This document shows positions 37,758 through 50,088 of a stretch of DNA of 64,000 bases, in pieces. Location: contig OX597815.1 of NCBI GenBank assembly GCA_951406725.2, forward strand, positions 114,204,001 through 114,268,000. The letters are read 5' to 3'. The notes under the pieces were generated by a model that saw nothing but the letters and a program-made list of their open reading frames with translations, was not told the DNA's origin and searched no databases. This stretch comes from Octopus vulgaris. Lineage: Eukaryota. A program made the translations under genes and the position numbers. Numbering within the stretch: position 1 is the stretch's first letter; every line of letters begins with the position of its first letter.

Positions 37758-38207
37758 TGTATGTATGTATGTGCTATGTAAAAAGCACTAATGCTGGTAC
37801 CACATAAAAAGTGACCAGTATACTCTGTAAAATGGTTGGCATTACGAAGGGCATCCAACTTTAGAAATCATGCAACAACAGACAATGGAACTTGATGTGG
37901 TCTATGACTTAACCATCCCCTGTCAAACCATCCAACTCATGCCAGCATGGAAAGCAGACGTCAAATGATAATGATATGTATATGATGGGTGTCTTTCAAT
38001 TTTCATCAACCAAATCCACATACAAAGCTTTGGTTGGCTTGAGGGCTGCAGTAGAAGGCCCTTGCCAGAGGTGTCAAGTAGTGGAACCACATGATTAGGA
38101 AGCAAATGGGTGTGTACAGGCTTGCACACCAACTATAGCCATATAACCATATTCAGTTACCTGAATTTTTTGAGGTAAGCAATAAAGTAATGATGGTTGT
38201 AACTTAC

Positions 38208-38295
38208 CAAATTTAAACAATGAAGTCCTTCCACAGGTTGATGGAAGCCTGCGCCTAAATCTTTAATGACCAGAAATATTCCTGTTAATCCTTCC
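38208..38295 (-). CDS. CPED1: CPED1 exon ((R)EGLTGIFLVIKDLGAGFHQPVEGLHCLNL)
   Basis: tgtag| and |gtaagt; 88 nt, phase 2/0; resembles human IIKTLGIGFHLPVDGVHFL. Confidence 0.92.
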
Positions 38296-39119
38296 CTACA
38301 ACAATAATTGCAATAACAATAATAAAAACAAGAACAACAACAATGATAATAATGGCTTCAAATTTTAGCACAAGGCCAGCAATTTCGGCAGTGGGGTTAA
38401 GTTGATTATATTGACCCCAGTGTTCAAATGATTTTTACTTTATCAATCCCAAAAAGATGAAAGGCCAAGTCAATCTCAGTGGACTTCGAACTCAGAACAT
38501 AAAAATGGATGAAATTCCATTAGGTATTTCATCTGGCATGCTAATAATTCTGTCAGCTCACCACCTAAATAATGATAATCACCAGCAATATGCTGTGACA
38601 CAAGTGGATAATAATCATTGTTTTAAATTTTGGTCCATAGATAACAATTTAGAGATGATGAGACAAGTCCATTAGAATAACCTCCAGTACTTGATTGGTA
38701 CTTTATTTTATCAACCTCGAAAGGAATGAAAGGTAAATGTGACTTTTGCAATTAAAATAGCAAATTGTTTGTGAGAGGAACTTTACAAGTCATTGTTCCT
38801 CTATGAGTTCTAGGTTGAAGAATAGCTATGACAATGATGCCACCGCTACCATCATCATGTTCACTGAAGGAGTTTCTATAAGATCATCTGACTTGGCTAA
38901 TTTCTCTTAAATTAGCTTCTCTGAAACTAAGCTAGAAAATTTTGATCACAAGTTTGCTTGATCAGACCTAAGATGGGTCTGGAAACAGTAACAACAAAAT
39001 GTACTTTCATGATGGTGATTTTGTAAATTAAAAGAATAAGAATATAAAAATAAAAACAACACCAAAATGGAAAAACAGCAACGAGAAAGCAACACTAAAA
39101 GTGAAAATAACCAACCAAC

Positions 39120-39221
39120 CTTTTCAGCCCTCGCTTGATGATGTCGATGTGATGTTTATTAAGCCAGTGCACTCCTCCAATGACAAGAACTGTGTTTGTA
39201 TTGTTTTCTATTGGTAAATTT
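39120..39221 (-). CDS. CPED1: CPED1 exon (NLPIENNTNTVLVIGGVHWLNKHHIDIIKRGLK)
   Basis: 102 nt, phase 2/2; resembles human PLENTGQTVLVVGGVQWLN. Confidence 0.92.
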
Positions 39222-39853
39222 CTATTCAGTTCCATGGAAAAACAACAAAATAAATATCCATTATATGCAATAGAAGTATCTATGTATCATAAATACATTG
39301 ATGAAAGACAAATTTACTATAGTATTTGTGTGGAGATAACAACTCTTTGCCTTTCAACAACATTGAATAAGATAACTAGATGGCTAAACAAGTAAATAAA
39401 GCAGGCTAGAGACCTTAAAACTTTCAGCATTAATGGGACACCAAACACACATGTATTAGCATATGAGAGTGTCTTAAGATATTCAAAAGATTAGCTGGAA
39501 ATAGCAGCTACATTTCCCTCAAATCATATCAGTCTGTCTAAAAAAAACAAAAGACAAAAGATATGGTGGACATTGATCTGGTAAAAAAAAAAGAAAAGGG
39601 ATGGAATGGTCATAGGTAGAGTACTTTCCGGTCATACACCTGATCCAGGGAAGCTGACCTAGAGTTAAGCAACCTATATACGTATTCATATTTTACAATA
39701 GGGCAAGTTACTTGGTGGAACCCATCATTATCCAATTTATACCTATCAAACCCACTGTCGTCATCATCCTCATCATCATCACCACCACCACCACCACCAC
39801 CACCACCACCACCACCACCACCAACACCATCACCATTACCATCATCACCACCA

Positions 39854-39885
<32 letters not shown>

Positions 39886-41379
39886 TGTCTATTTCAAATG
39901 ATGATGATGATGCCTCTGTAAGTTACTAAAATGCTCATAAATTATATAGTGTACTTTCTAACTTTCAACCAAAGTTGGATTCTCAATATATTTATTTGCA
40001 TGTTGGTAGAATAGCCCTATAGATAGAGACTAGTGAGTTTCCTTCTATAATGTGAGTAACCATGTAGCTTTATGGCAAGAAGTCTGTTCTGTTTTGGCCT
40101 TTTCTCTCTACTGTATCCTCATTTATTCGAAAGGGATCTTACTTTTTAAAAGCTTCATGGCCACCTCACTAGTACTGGTGCTATGGAAAAAGCACCCAAT
40201 ACACTCTGAAAATAGTTGGCATTAGGAAGTGCATCTAACCACAGAATCCATGCCAAAGCAGACATTAAAGCAAAATGCAGCCCTTGGATTTGTGAGATCC
40301 TATCAAATCATCTGATCCATGCCAGCATGGAAGATGGATGATAAAAGATGTTGTTGATGATGATGATGATGATGATGTAGACTGAACTGTTGAGAGTTAA
40401 ATGTCTTGGCTGGAAACAAAAGTGTAGTGCTGAACCACTTCTAATTGATTCTTGGTCCAATAGTCTGAAGCCTTAACTAAATAAATAAATTTATGAAGAG
40501 AGAAAGAAAAGGCAAGTGTCAATTAACAAGACTAGTTTTATATTTTGCCTTCTTGTCATTCATTAACTGAACTTTCACAAAAATATTTAATTTAAAAACA
40601 TTGCAATTGGAAGAGATAGGTATATTTTCATATATATTTCTTGAAATACTTCAGCTAAGGTGTGTGAGGGATAATGAACTCACAATCCTTTGTCTAAGAA
40701 GATACATTATTTTAGTTGAAGATAAAAAAGGAGTTAATTAGAAAATATAATTCTTTAGTTAGCCTTTGTCAGTTCTGTGTTTCATATGTAATATACAGGA
40801 CTTATTTCCTTGGTGTTCATGCATTACATATAATACACATTCCCAGTTTTTTTCAGTCACAAGAGTAACATGGAATTTATGGAAAGAAAGTTTTTTTATT
40901 ACTCAGAATACATAAAACAAAGGCTAGCTAAAAGTCTGAAAACAAGCATGGTTAAAGAGAACAAAAGAACAGAATTAGAAAAAAAGGAATTAAAGCAAGC
41001 AAAAACAAGAAATTAAGAGTTTGTGCCAGTGCCATGTAAAAAGCATCTGGTGCATTCTGTAAAGTGGTTGCCATTAGGAAGAGTATCCAGCTGTAGAAAT
41101 CAAGCCAAAACACACAAATGGAACCTGGTGCAGCTCTACAGTTTGCCAGCTCTAGACAAACTGTCTAACCCATGCCAGCATGGAAAAGAGACATTAAATG
41201 ATGATGATGAATCCATGATTACTTTGTGCTAATGAGGAATTATGAGCTCACAACTCTTGGCCTGAAAAAACTCCATATTTTAGTTAAAGAATGGTAACAA
41301 AAAAAAAAAAAAAAAAGAACTGGGACAGAAGGAAAAGAAAAAAGGGAATACTTGAAAATAATTACCAAGCATTACTTAC

Positions 41380-41600
41380 TTGCGAAGGAGTTGATAGAAA
41401 GCTTTATCAAAGGTCGGCCTATGATCTGTTGGTAGCCAGAACTGAGGATAATAAGCAAAACTCATGCTTGTTGTATGGTTATTGAGATTATCATAGTGTT
41501 TGATGTTGTGTGTTTTATCCCATTCCTGCAGGGTCATGTTCACTTTCTCTAGAATATAATGCATAATTCCTCGATTGGTTGAATCACCAAGGAACAGCAA
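41380..41600 (-). CDS. CPED1: CPED1 exon with the PC-esterase GDS motif ([19 protein letters not shown]...YYPQFW)
   Basis: 221 nt, phase 0/2; close to human [21 protein letters not shown]...YYPQFW. Confidence 0.95.
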
Positions 41601-42887
41601 CTAAAAAAAGAGCAAATGTAGATGAACTATAGTTAACATGGTTAATGTCACTTGAAATGTCAGAAATCACCAGTACCACAATATAATCACAATAATCGTT
41701 CTTTACACAAATATGAAACCCTAACTTACCAGCCAGAGCTTAAGTAAAGCTGAGATGTTCATGCCTTTTCTAAGACAAGTAATGTAAGGGGAATTAGATG
41801 GTTCCAATTAGAAACTGAAAACAGTTTATATAGATTGAAGAGTTTTAACATGGGTCCTAATTTCACAGAAAAATCTATGCAGATATAATATTTTTTATTC
41901 TTTCATTAAATAATCCAGGTTGTTATTAGTACTGTTGTAATTATTGCCTGGACCTTGTAATATTATGGAAATGAACTGTGCCAAGGTAGATACTTATTTA
42001 CATTTTAATAAGTAGTATTTCAAGGTAGCAAACTGGACAAAATGCTTAGTGGCATTTGGGGGAAGGATGAGTTGATTTCATCAACTCCAGTATTCAACTG
42101 GCACTTATTTTATCAACCCTGAAAGGATGAAAGGTAAAGTCGACCTTACTGGAATTTGAACTCAGAGCGTGTACTAACAATTCTGCTAGCTCGCAGTCTT
42201 CATCATCGTCATTTAACATCCATTCTCCATGCTGGCACTGGCTGAACAGTTTGACAGGAGCTGGCCAGCTTGAGAGTTGCCTGGGCTCTAGTTATCCATT
42301 TTGGCATGGTTTCTATAGCTTGATGCCCTCCCTAATGCCAACCACTTTACAGAGTGTATAGGGCACTTGTACATGGCACCAGCATGGGCACTTTTATGTG
42401 GCAACAGCACAGGTAGCACCAATATTCATAAGCTGAGAGAGGGACATAGAGGACATGCCTGTATAAATGGATGGTCATGATTTTACGTAGCTTGACATGT
42501 CTTCTCAAGCACAGAAAACCACCAGAAGTCTTGGTCCTTTATCTCCTCTGCAAAGCTCAGCATGTGGAGATCCTCTCACCCTTTCATCCAAAGTCTTCCT
42601 GGGTCTACCCCTTCCACATGTTCCCTCTATAATTAGAGATTGGCACTTCTTGATTAACTTTCCTTATCCATGCACATCACATGACCATACGAGTGCAATC
42701 TTCTCACTTCAACCCTTAAAGGATGAAAGATAAAGTTGACCTCAGCAGAAAACTCAGAATGTAATGACAAGCAAAATGCTACTGAGCATTTGGCCCAGTG
42801 TGCTCATGATTCAGCCAGTTTGCCACCTTAATAATACTAGTACTACTAATAATAATTTAATAATACCAACAGTAGCAAAAAACAAAC

Positions 42888-43024
42888 CTTTTTATTGGTA
42901 AAACATTTTTGTAGTTGATTTCTTGGGAACCAGCGATGGGTGCAAGATTTTGGTTGCCAGATAGCCTTTTGCCAGTAGCAGAGAGCTGTTGAAGAACATT
43001 TACTGCAAGGTACAACCCACTGAC
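42888..43024 (-). CDS. CPED1: CPED1 exon (GQWVVPCSKC...WQPKSC...LQKCFTNKK)
   Basis: 137 nt, phase 1/0; Cys/Trp pattern of the PC-esterase N-terminal region. Confidence 0.92.
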
Positions 43025-44147
43025 CTGAAAATTTCATAAAACTGCATTAACATGGAAACTTTAGGAGAAGAGCAAGAGGTTGTTATATAGGTAATGTACA
43101 TAACAACTTTAATCAAAGAAAATTGTAAACATTATAAGCTGTAAAGTATATGTCATTATCATTATCATCATAATTTTAACACCCACTTTTCTATGTTCAC
43201 AGAGGTCAGAACTTGTTGAGGTGAATTTTCTACACCTGACACCCTTCCTGTCACCAACCATCACCTGTTTCCAAGTAAGATATTTTCCCCTGACCAGACA
43301 GGTCTTGAAAGTTTTGGTAGCAAAGAACACCTCTTGCATGACAGTGACACACTTGTTTACAACAAACATGCAACGTCAAAGCAAGGAGACAATAATACAT
43401 ACAAACACCTGTGTATGTATATGTCAGTTTACTTTCAGTTTCTGTCTACAAAATTCATCTACTCTCAAGGCTTTGGTTGGCCTGGGGCTATAGCAAAAAG
43501 ACATTTTCACAAAGAGTTATGCAGTGGGACTTAACGTAGAACTTAACATGTGGTTAGGAAGCAAACTTATTATGATGCAGCCACTCAGATGAGCTTTCAT
43601 TCCATTTGCTATTTCAAGTTTCCTTTTATTAATATGTTCTTCAAGGCTTTGTCTTTTTGACAAGTGCCAGTATTTTCCCCTGCTTTGTACATGTAAATGT
43701 ATGTTACACATATAATAGTTACATCATGAAAGACTGATGTTAACCAATATGTTGCACTGGAATTATATCAGTGCTCAAATCGCAGAAGCATGAAAGAACT
43801 TTTAATTCTTCATAGTCATCATCACCATTTAATGTATCTGTCTTCCATGCTGGCATGGACTGGATGGCTTGACAAGAACCGGCAAGTCTAGGGGCTGCAC
43901 CAGGTCCTATGGTCTGTTTTATCTTGGTCTCTACAGCTGGATGCCCTTTCTAATGCAAACCACTTTGCAGAGTTTACTGGGTGCCTTTTATGTGGCACCA
44001 GCACCAATATATTTTATGTGGCACCTGGCCAAAATGTTCTACCTCTTTTATGTTCATACTGGCCAGATCTGGCCTGTCACACCAATTTTTCAATTTAAAA
44101 AAAAAATTTTAATTTTGAGAATATTTTTCTATTAAACTCAACCATAC

Positions 44148-44271
44148 CTGGCATATCAGCTGTAACACACGGCGGTAAGATTTCAATGTAGGATAACATA
44201 TCAGACCAAGAATTAAATGCTGTCTTATGTAAGCCACAGTCAGAATCTTCAGAAAATTTCAGGGAGCAATC
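44148..44271 (-). CDS. CPED1: CPED1 exon (DCSLKFSEDSDCGLHK...LPPCVTADMP)
   Basis: ttctag| and |gtatgg; 124 nt, phase 0/1; open frame. Confidence 0.9.
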
Positions 44272-44822
44272 CTAGAAAGTAACAAGAATTTTAACAAAGA
44301 GATCAGATAAAAGTTCAATTTATCTTGTGTTTTTAGGGTTAATGACAAAATAATACATATATTTCAGTTAAAAATTTATACAGAAGATTAATTCATGTGG
44401 TTGTTGTTATGCATCAGCCACTAAATCTGTTAGTATTTATACTTTATTTTTTTGTTTAGTTCTGAGTGAACCTTGTTTGAGCAGATCTGTCAATGACCTC
44501 CAGAAAAATGAAAGGCAAAGATGACCTTCAAATAATAGTTCTTTAAATAATCATTAAAAGAACAATGTCCATTAATCTATAAACCAATAGACATAGGCAT
44601 AGCTATGGGCATAAATATGGCTATGTGGTTAAGAAGCTAATTTTGCCACCTGGTAGTTTTAGGTTCAATTATAGCTCCATGACAACCTGGGCTATAGTAA
44701 AACAGTGAATTCAATAACCAGAAACTGTGTGGAAGCCCATTGTGTGGTGTGTATGTTTGTCTCCACTGTTTTTTGACAACTGGTGCTGGTTTGTTAATGT
44801 ATTTTTATAAGATGAATGAATG

Positions 44823-45675
44823 TACGAGGTGAGTCAAAATTATACGCACTCTTGCTTTTCAATGTATTTACACAAAAGCAGAGGATAAACAAGTGCGTCA
44901 TTTTTCTATATAGTCACCTTCCTTTTCAATGCACTTGGTCCAGCGGTCCATAATCTTGCATATTGCCTCCAAGAAGAAGGTTTTCAGTTGGTCGTACAAC
45001 CATTTATGCACTGCTTCCTTCACATCTTCATCCGTAGAAAATCAACAACCCCGTAAAAGCATTTTTGAGCAATCCAAAGATATGATAGTCAGAAGGAGTG
45101 AGATCTGGGCTGTAGGCATGGTGTTCCAGCACCTCAAAACCCAATTGGTTAATGGTTTCAACGGTCTAGACAGCCATGTGTGGACCTGTATTGTCATACA
45201 ACAACAAAACTTTTTAACAATAGGCTTTGGTATGAATTTCTGGCTTCAGTTTGTTGGCCAGCAAAGCACTGTGTCTTGCAATGTTGATCATACACCCCAC
45301 TTTCCAGGTAGTCTTCCAGTATAGGTCCTTTTGAGTCCCAGAACTTTTAAACTTTAAAACTTTTAAACTTCTCGATCCACTCATACACACTTCTACACAG
45401 TAGTGCACTGTCCCTGTATTGTGCTCAAATCTGCCAATGAATTTCAGCACCTGACACACCTGACAAGAGAAATTGGATCACTGCTCTTTGTTCTTCTTTG
45501 GTAGACATTGCTAGTGGAGCAGCCATGCTTACATTGTAAAGCCAGAAAGAAAAATGGTGTGATATGGCTCAAACTTCGATCATATGACCACAATAGTACC
45601 AACTATAAGCATGCATATATGGAAGGCAGTGTGACAATAATAAAGCTATACTATGGTAAAAGTGTGGATAATTCC
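44823..45675 (-). mobile_element. Internally deleted mariner element
   Basis: Terminus tacgaggtgagtcaaaattatacgcact; transposase remnants (VYEWIEKFK, FWDSKGPILEDYLE, ...DRWTKCIEKEGDYIEK*). Right boundary approximate. Confidence 0.8.
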
Positions 45676-45816
45676 CATTGATGTATGAGGAAGATTTAGC
45701 TATTTCTAGCATGTAGGTGTGTGTGTATGAGAGAGGTGGGTCAAGAAAGTAAAGGAGAGTGTGAGAGAAAGAGAAAGAGAAACAAAAGGAAGATATAATT
45801 TTGGTAAAACTCTTAC

Positions 45817-45991
45817 CTGCTTCAGGCTACAGACAACGTGGTTGACACCTGGTGAAAATTCTTCTTTTTGAGGTTGTCTTCTGTGGATTATTACTGTATA
45901 AGTGTTTACTGCAAGTGGTTCCATATAAGTCACATCCACTACAGCAATTGTAATTCGGTTGGTGCCAATTCCTAAAGTATAGTTGATGGCC
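45817..45991 (-). CDS. CPED1: CPED1 exon (AINYTLGIGTNRITIAVVD...HVVCSLKQ), cadherin-like region
   Basis: 175 nt, phase 2/0; donor gtaaga. Confidence 0.9.
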
Positions 45992-46877
45992 CTTCAAATA
46001 ATTATTATAAGAACAGTATACTCGTTAATTAATTAATCAATCAATCACTTTAGTTTTTGTTAATGAAATGGAAAAAAGGAAATAAAAGGGATGATCTGAA
46101 CTCATGATCATGTGGTTAGTTTTTAGACACTTGGGATTTTACAGAGTAGTAATGCTTAAAAAAAATGGACCAAAAACAGTAAAAATGTACAATTTATAGA
46201 TTCACATTGAATCGGCATGTTGTTTAACCTCAGTTCTAATCTGATCAAGCTAACCTAAGACCAGTATACTAGCTGTAACTATCATGTTCCTTTCCAAATA
46301 ATATATTGGTGACAAAATCATTCGATGTGTTTTGTCTTATTTAAAATAATAGGATAATGCTAAGGAGATGTTCTAAAAAGAATTATTTACAGAGACATCA
46401 AATGAAATTATGGAAGTGACAGGAAGAGTTACAACACATCTAATTAGGAACAGGATTAGCTTAAGTAAAATGCACATCATGTTTATGATGAGATGGCATA
46501 CTCCTGATATTTTCTTTGTAGTGACACAACTAGGAGAAGATTTTTAGCTCAGAGTAGGTCACTAAACCTAGCATTTGTCTAGCTGGAGCAGGCTTTGACA
46601 GGGTGCTATGTTCTGTAGTCTGGCGATTGCTAAAAAACACTTGGAGTATATGAATTGCTTGTGAGAGTCATTAAAACCATGTAGAGAGATGCCATCAGAG
46701 TGGAGAAAGTTAGCAATGCATTCAGTGAGGTATTTAGTATGCAAGCCAGTGTCCATCAGGGTTCAGTTCTCAAGCCCTTCCTGTCTTTATGAGAGTTTTC
46801 TAGGCCATAAAAAAGGAGTTTAACCCTTTTTAATATCAACCTATCTAACCCATGCAAGTCTGGAAAAATAAACAGAA

Positions 46878-46949
46878 AATGATGATGATGATGATGATGG
46901 TGATGGTGATGGTGATGGTGATGGTGATGATGATGATGATGATGATGAT
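46878..46949. repeat. (ATG)n/(ATGGTG)n microsatellite
   Basis: Seen directly; source of the spurious poly-His ORF. Confidence 0.9.
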
Positions 46950-46964
46950 CTAATAATATTTTAC

Positions 46965-47154
46965 CTCGGGAAACCAAATTTGTCATCTATCTTAGAGATG
47001 CATTGACAACTTTGGGCAAACCCCCAAATTTTTATCAGTAGTAATTCATAAGGCACACTTGTTTCATATGTGGAAATGTTGGGGTCGAATGCTGGTGTGA
47101 GTTTAACTGGTGGTTCAATGTTAATTTTCATTAGAAATGGTACAGCCAAAGGAT
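46965..47154 (-). CDS. CPED1: CPED1 exon (PLAVPFLMKINIEPPVKLTPAFDPNISTYETSVPY...), cadherin-like beta-sandwich
   Basis: 190 nt, phase 1/2; L.P.FDP...Y...VP motif. Confidence 0.9.
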
Positions 47155-47495
47155 CTGAAAGAGAGAATCAAAAGATCAACATTGAGTTGTGTGTCTGTAG
47201 TTTTCAGTTTTTTATGAAAAATTGGATCAAATATAACAATAGACACAGAATTAAGTATAACAATAACCAGATTAAGTATAATGACCAAGAAACCAACTAC
47301 TGGACTACATGGGCATGAATTCAAATATTATTCAATGGACATGTGGCACTGGATAGTTTATGTAAGTACTTTCATTTACATAATTACCAACACTTCATAT
47401 AAATCCTAGACACTACCTTCCTACTATTATTATATAAAACAATCATCACAGTGGCAGTTATTGCATTATAATCAAATATAATAGTAAATAAATAC

Positions 47496-47525
47496 CTTCA
47501 CTACAGCTAGGACGTAGATATTTTC
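47496..47525 (-). CDS. CPED1: CPED1 30-nt micro-exon ((R)KYLRPSCSE(D))
   Basis: ttttcag| and |gtattt; phase 1/1; supplies a Cys comparable to human CSDD. Confidence 0.7.
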
Positions 47526-49087
47526 CTGAAAAAGAAAACACAAAATTAACAAAGAAAACCAGTACATTTAATCAATATAGGAGGATAAGGCTGAGTGAGT
47601 AATGTATTTCAGAGGTTGAGGTTTCAAATACACTCTAGGTTTTTAGTTCAGTTTTTGGTAAGGATATAATTCACCAACCTATAGAGAAATGATGATGAAT
47701 ACTATTCAATATAGTTATATAGTTTTCTGCAAGTAATTAACAATAAAATTGAATATTAATCACTCATAAATTTTCTATGCATACCCACTAGTAATATATA
47801 TTTAGCTTAAGGTGACAAACTAGCAGAATCACTAGTGTACCAGACAAAATGCTTAGTGGTATTTCATCCATCTTTATTTTCTGAGTTCAGATTCTGCTGT
47901 GGTCAGCTTTGCCTTTCATCCTTTTGGGATTGATAAAGCAAGTACCAGTTGATCACTGGTACTTGCCCTCAAATTACTGGCCTTGTGCAAAAATGTGAAA
48001 CCAATATATATTTAGCCTTGTTTTAAAATAATTTCAGAGTTACATGACATTTAGAAAGACCATCTAGACTAGGTTTATCAATAAAATTAATTAACACGAG
48101 TAATCTGTTGGGCTACATAATTTTCTTTGTATGTTAATTACCAAGTAATTGACTACCAAATCATTTATTGTAGATATGGACAGCTTTATAAATAATCTGA
48201 GAAGTCATGTATGGTTCTCACTGATTTGGTGTAGAATGGGACGCATCATCATCATCATGATAAAACTTTTCAAAATCACAACACTTTCAGTTGTTGGAAC
48301 AATATGTGGTTGTTGTTGTTATTTAACCCTAGGTCAGCTCAATCAGTGATGACCAAGTATCAAAGGCACCAGCCATGATCATCCCATTTTTTTAATGAAG
48401 GCCTTGGGATAAGGAAGGGCCTCCAACTTTAGAAGCCATAGCAAAACAGACAATTGGAGCGTGGACAGCTCTCTGTCTGGCTAGCTCCAATCAAACTGTC
48501 CAACCCATACCAGCATGGGAAATAATCTTTAAATGATGATGATGACCTGGGGATTTCATTGACAAGCACTGATGAGAATTTTCATAAGGATTATACACAG
48601 GTTGTATCCTATCACTTTATTTCAGGTACTTTGTCAAGATATCATCCTTTTAGCTTGATGCAGACAAGATTACCACATCTACTTGAGCACTAGGAATGTT
48701 AAGTGCCAGAACAAATACTGTAAGACATTTTTATCCAATAACAATTTAACCAATTATCTACTCAAAAACTAATTCTTTCAGTCATAAAATTCAGAAGCGA
48801 GGGCGTCAAATTGATTGGAATTTTGAATATCTAATTATCTGTATATACTCAAAACATTCCCATTGGTGGCTCCACACACACAATAATTACACAAGTAGCT
48901 TATTTTTTATCTTTTAATTGTATGGCCATGCTAGAGCACTGCCTTGAAGAATTCCAGTTGAACAAATTGACCCCAGTACTTATGGATTTTAAAAAAATAA
49001 TTTTTAGCCTGTTACTTATTCTATCAGTGTCTTTCACCAAATTGCTAAGGGATGTAAACACACCAGCACCATTTGTCAAGCTGTGGT

Positions 49088-49153
<66 letters not shown>

Positions 49154-49999
49154 TATACAATGGGCTTCTTTCAGTTTCTGTCCACCAAATACTCTCACAA
49201 GGCTTTGGTTGGCCTGAAGCTATAATGGAAGATACTTGCCCAAGGTGGGACTGAACCGGGAACCATGTGGTTGGGAAGCAAACTTCTGACCACATGACCA
49301 CACCAATGCCTTGCTCTATTTTTTATTCAAAGCTCAATTAACACAAAGACTATCCAAATCTAGAGAAAGTGAAATTCACTGTTACCTTATATTATTTTTA
49401 ACTCTATAATTTCTCTCCAATGTTACATTCACTTACCCTTTGTCAACATCCATTTCATTTTTTCTCAGTTTACATCTTAAATAATGAGCATCAACTTCAT
49501 TAGTAAATGTAACATTTTAATGAAACCAATTATTCTACTCATTTCATCCTCATCACTACCACTCTTTCAGTCAACAAGTGCAATGAAAACATACTAAGTT
49601 AAATACTACAGAAATAGGTAACCTAGTTAGAGTCTCAGCATACAAAAGGTTTTTTTTTTATGTAGGTTTAACATGTTGCCAGCTTTAACATCAACACATG
49701 GGCTTTTAGTAGAATTTCACTCTATTGGAAACATTCAGATAGAACCAACCCACCCCAGTTCTCTTCTGGCCCATGATTGACATAGAGATGTTTTGGTTAA
49801 GTTTAAAAGGATGTGCAAAGGTCACAGGACTAACTTACAAATAAACAAATAAATATATAAATAAATAAATAAATAAAAAACATAATGAAGAAAACCACCG
49901 TATTAAAATATATAATTAAAGACTTAAGTACAAAGCTAAGATATTACATGAGTGAAATGAAATATATGAGAGAGAGTTAACCAACTGAAAATAACTTAC

Positions 50000-50088
50000 G
50001 GTCTTTCAAATCTGCCTCTTGGTATTTCTTCTCTTCCAGTTTTCTGTTTGTGTAACTAGCAACTGTCGGAAGGAAGACATCACTTTTC
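50000..50088 (-). CDS. CPED1: CPED1 exon (KSDVFLPTVASYTNRKLEEKKYQEADLKD)
   Basis: ccag| and |gtaagt; 89 nt, phase 2/1, which is required to link the neighbouring exons. Confidence 0.75.

Noticed and set aside
39760-39915. Poly-Thr/Ile ORF
   Set aside because: (ACC)n/(ATC)n microsatellite within a CPED1 intron.
46756-46986. Poly-His ORF
   Set aside because: (CAT)n microsatellite immediately after a splice donor.
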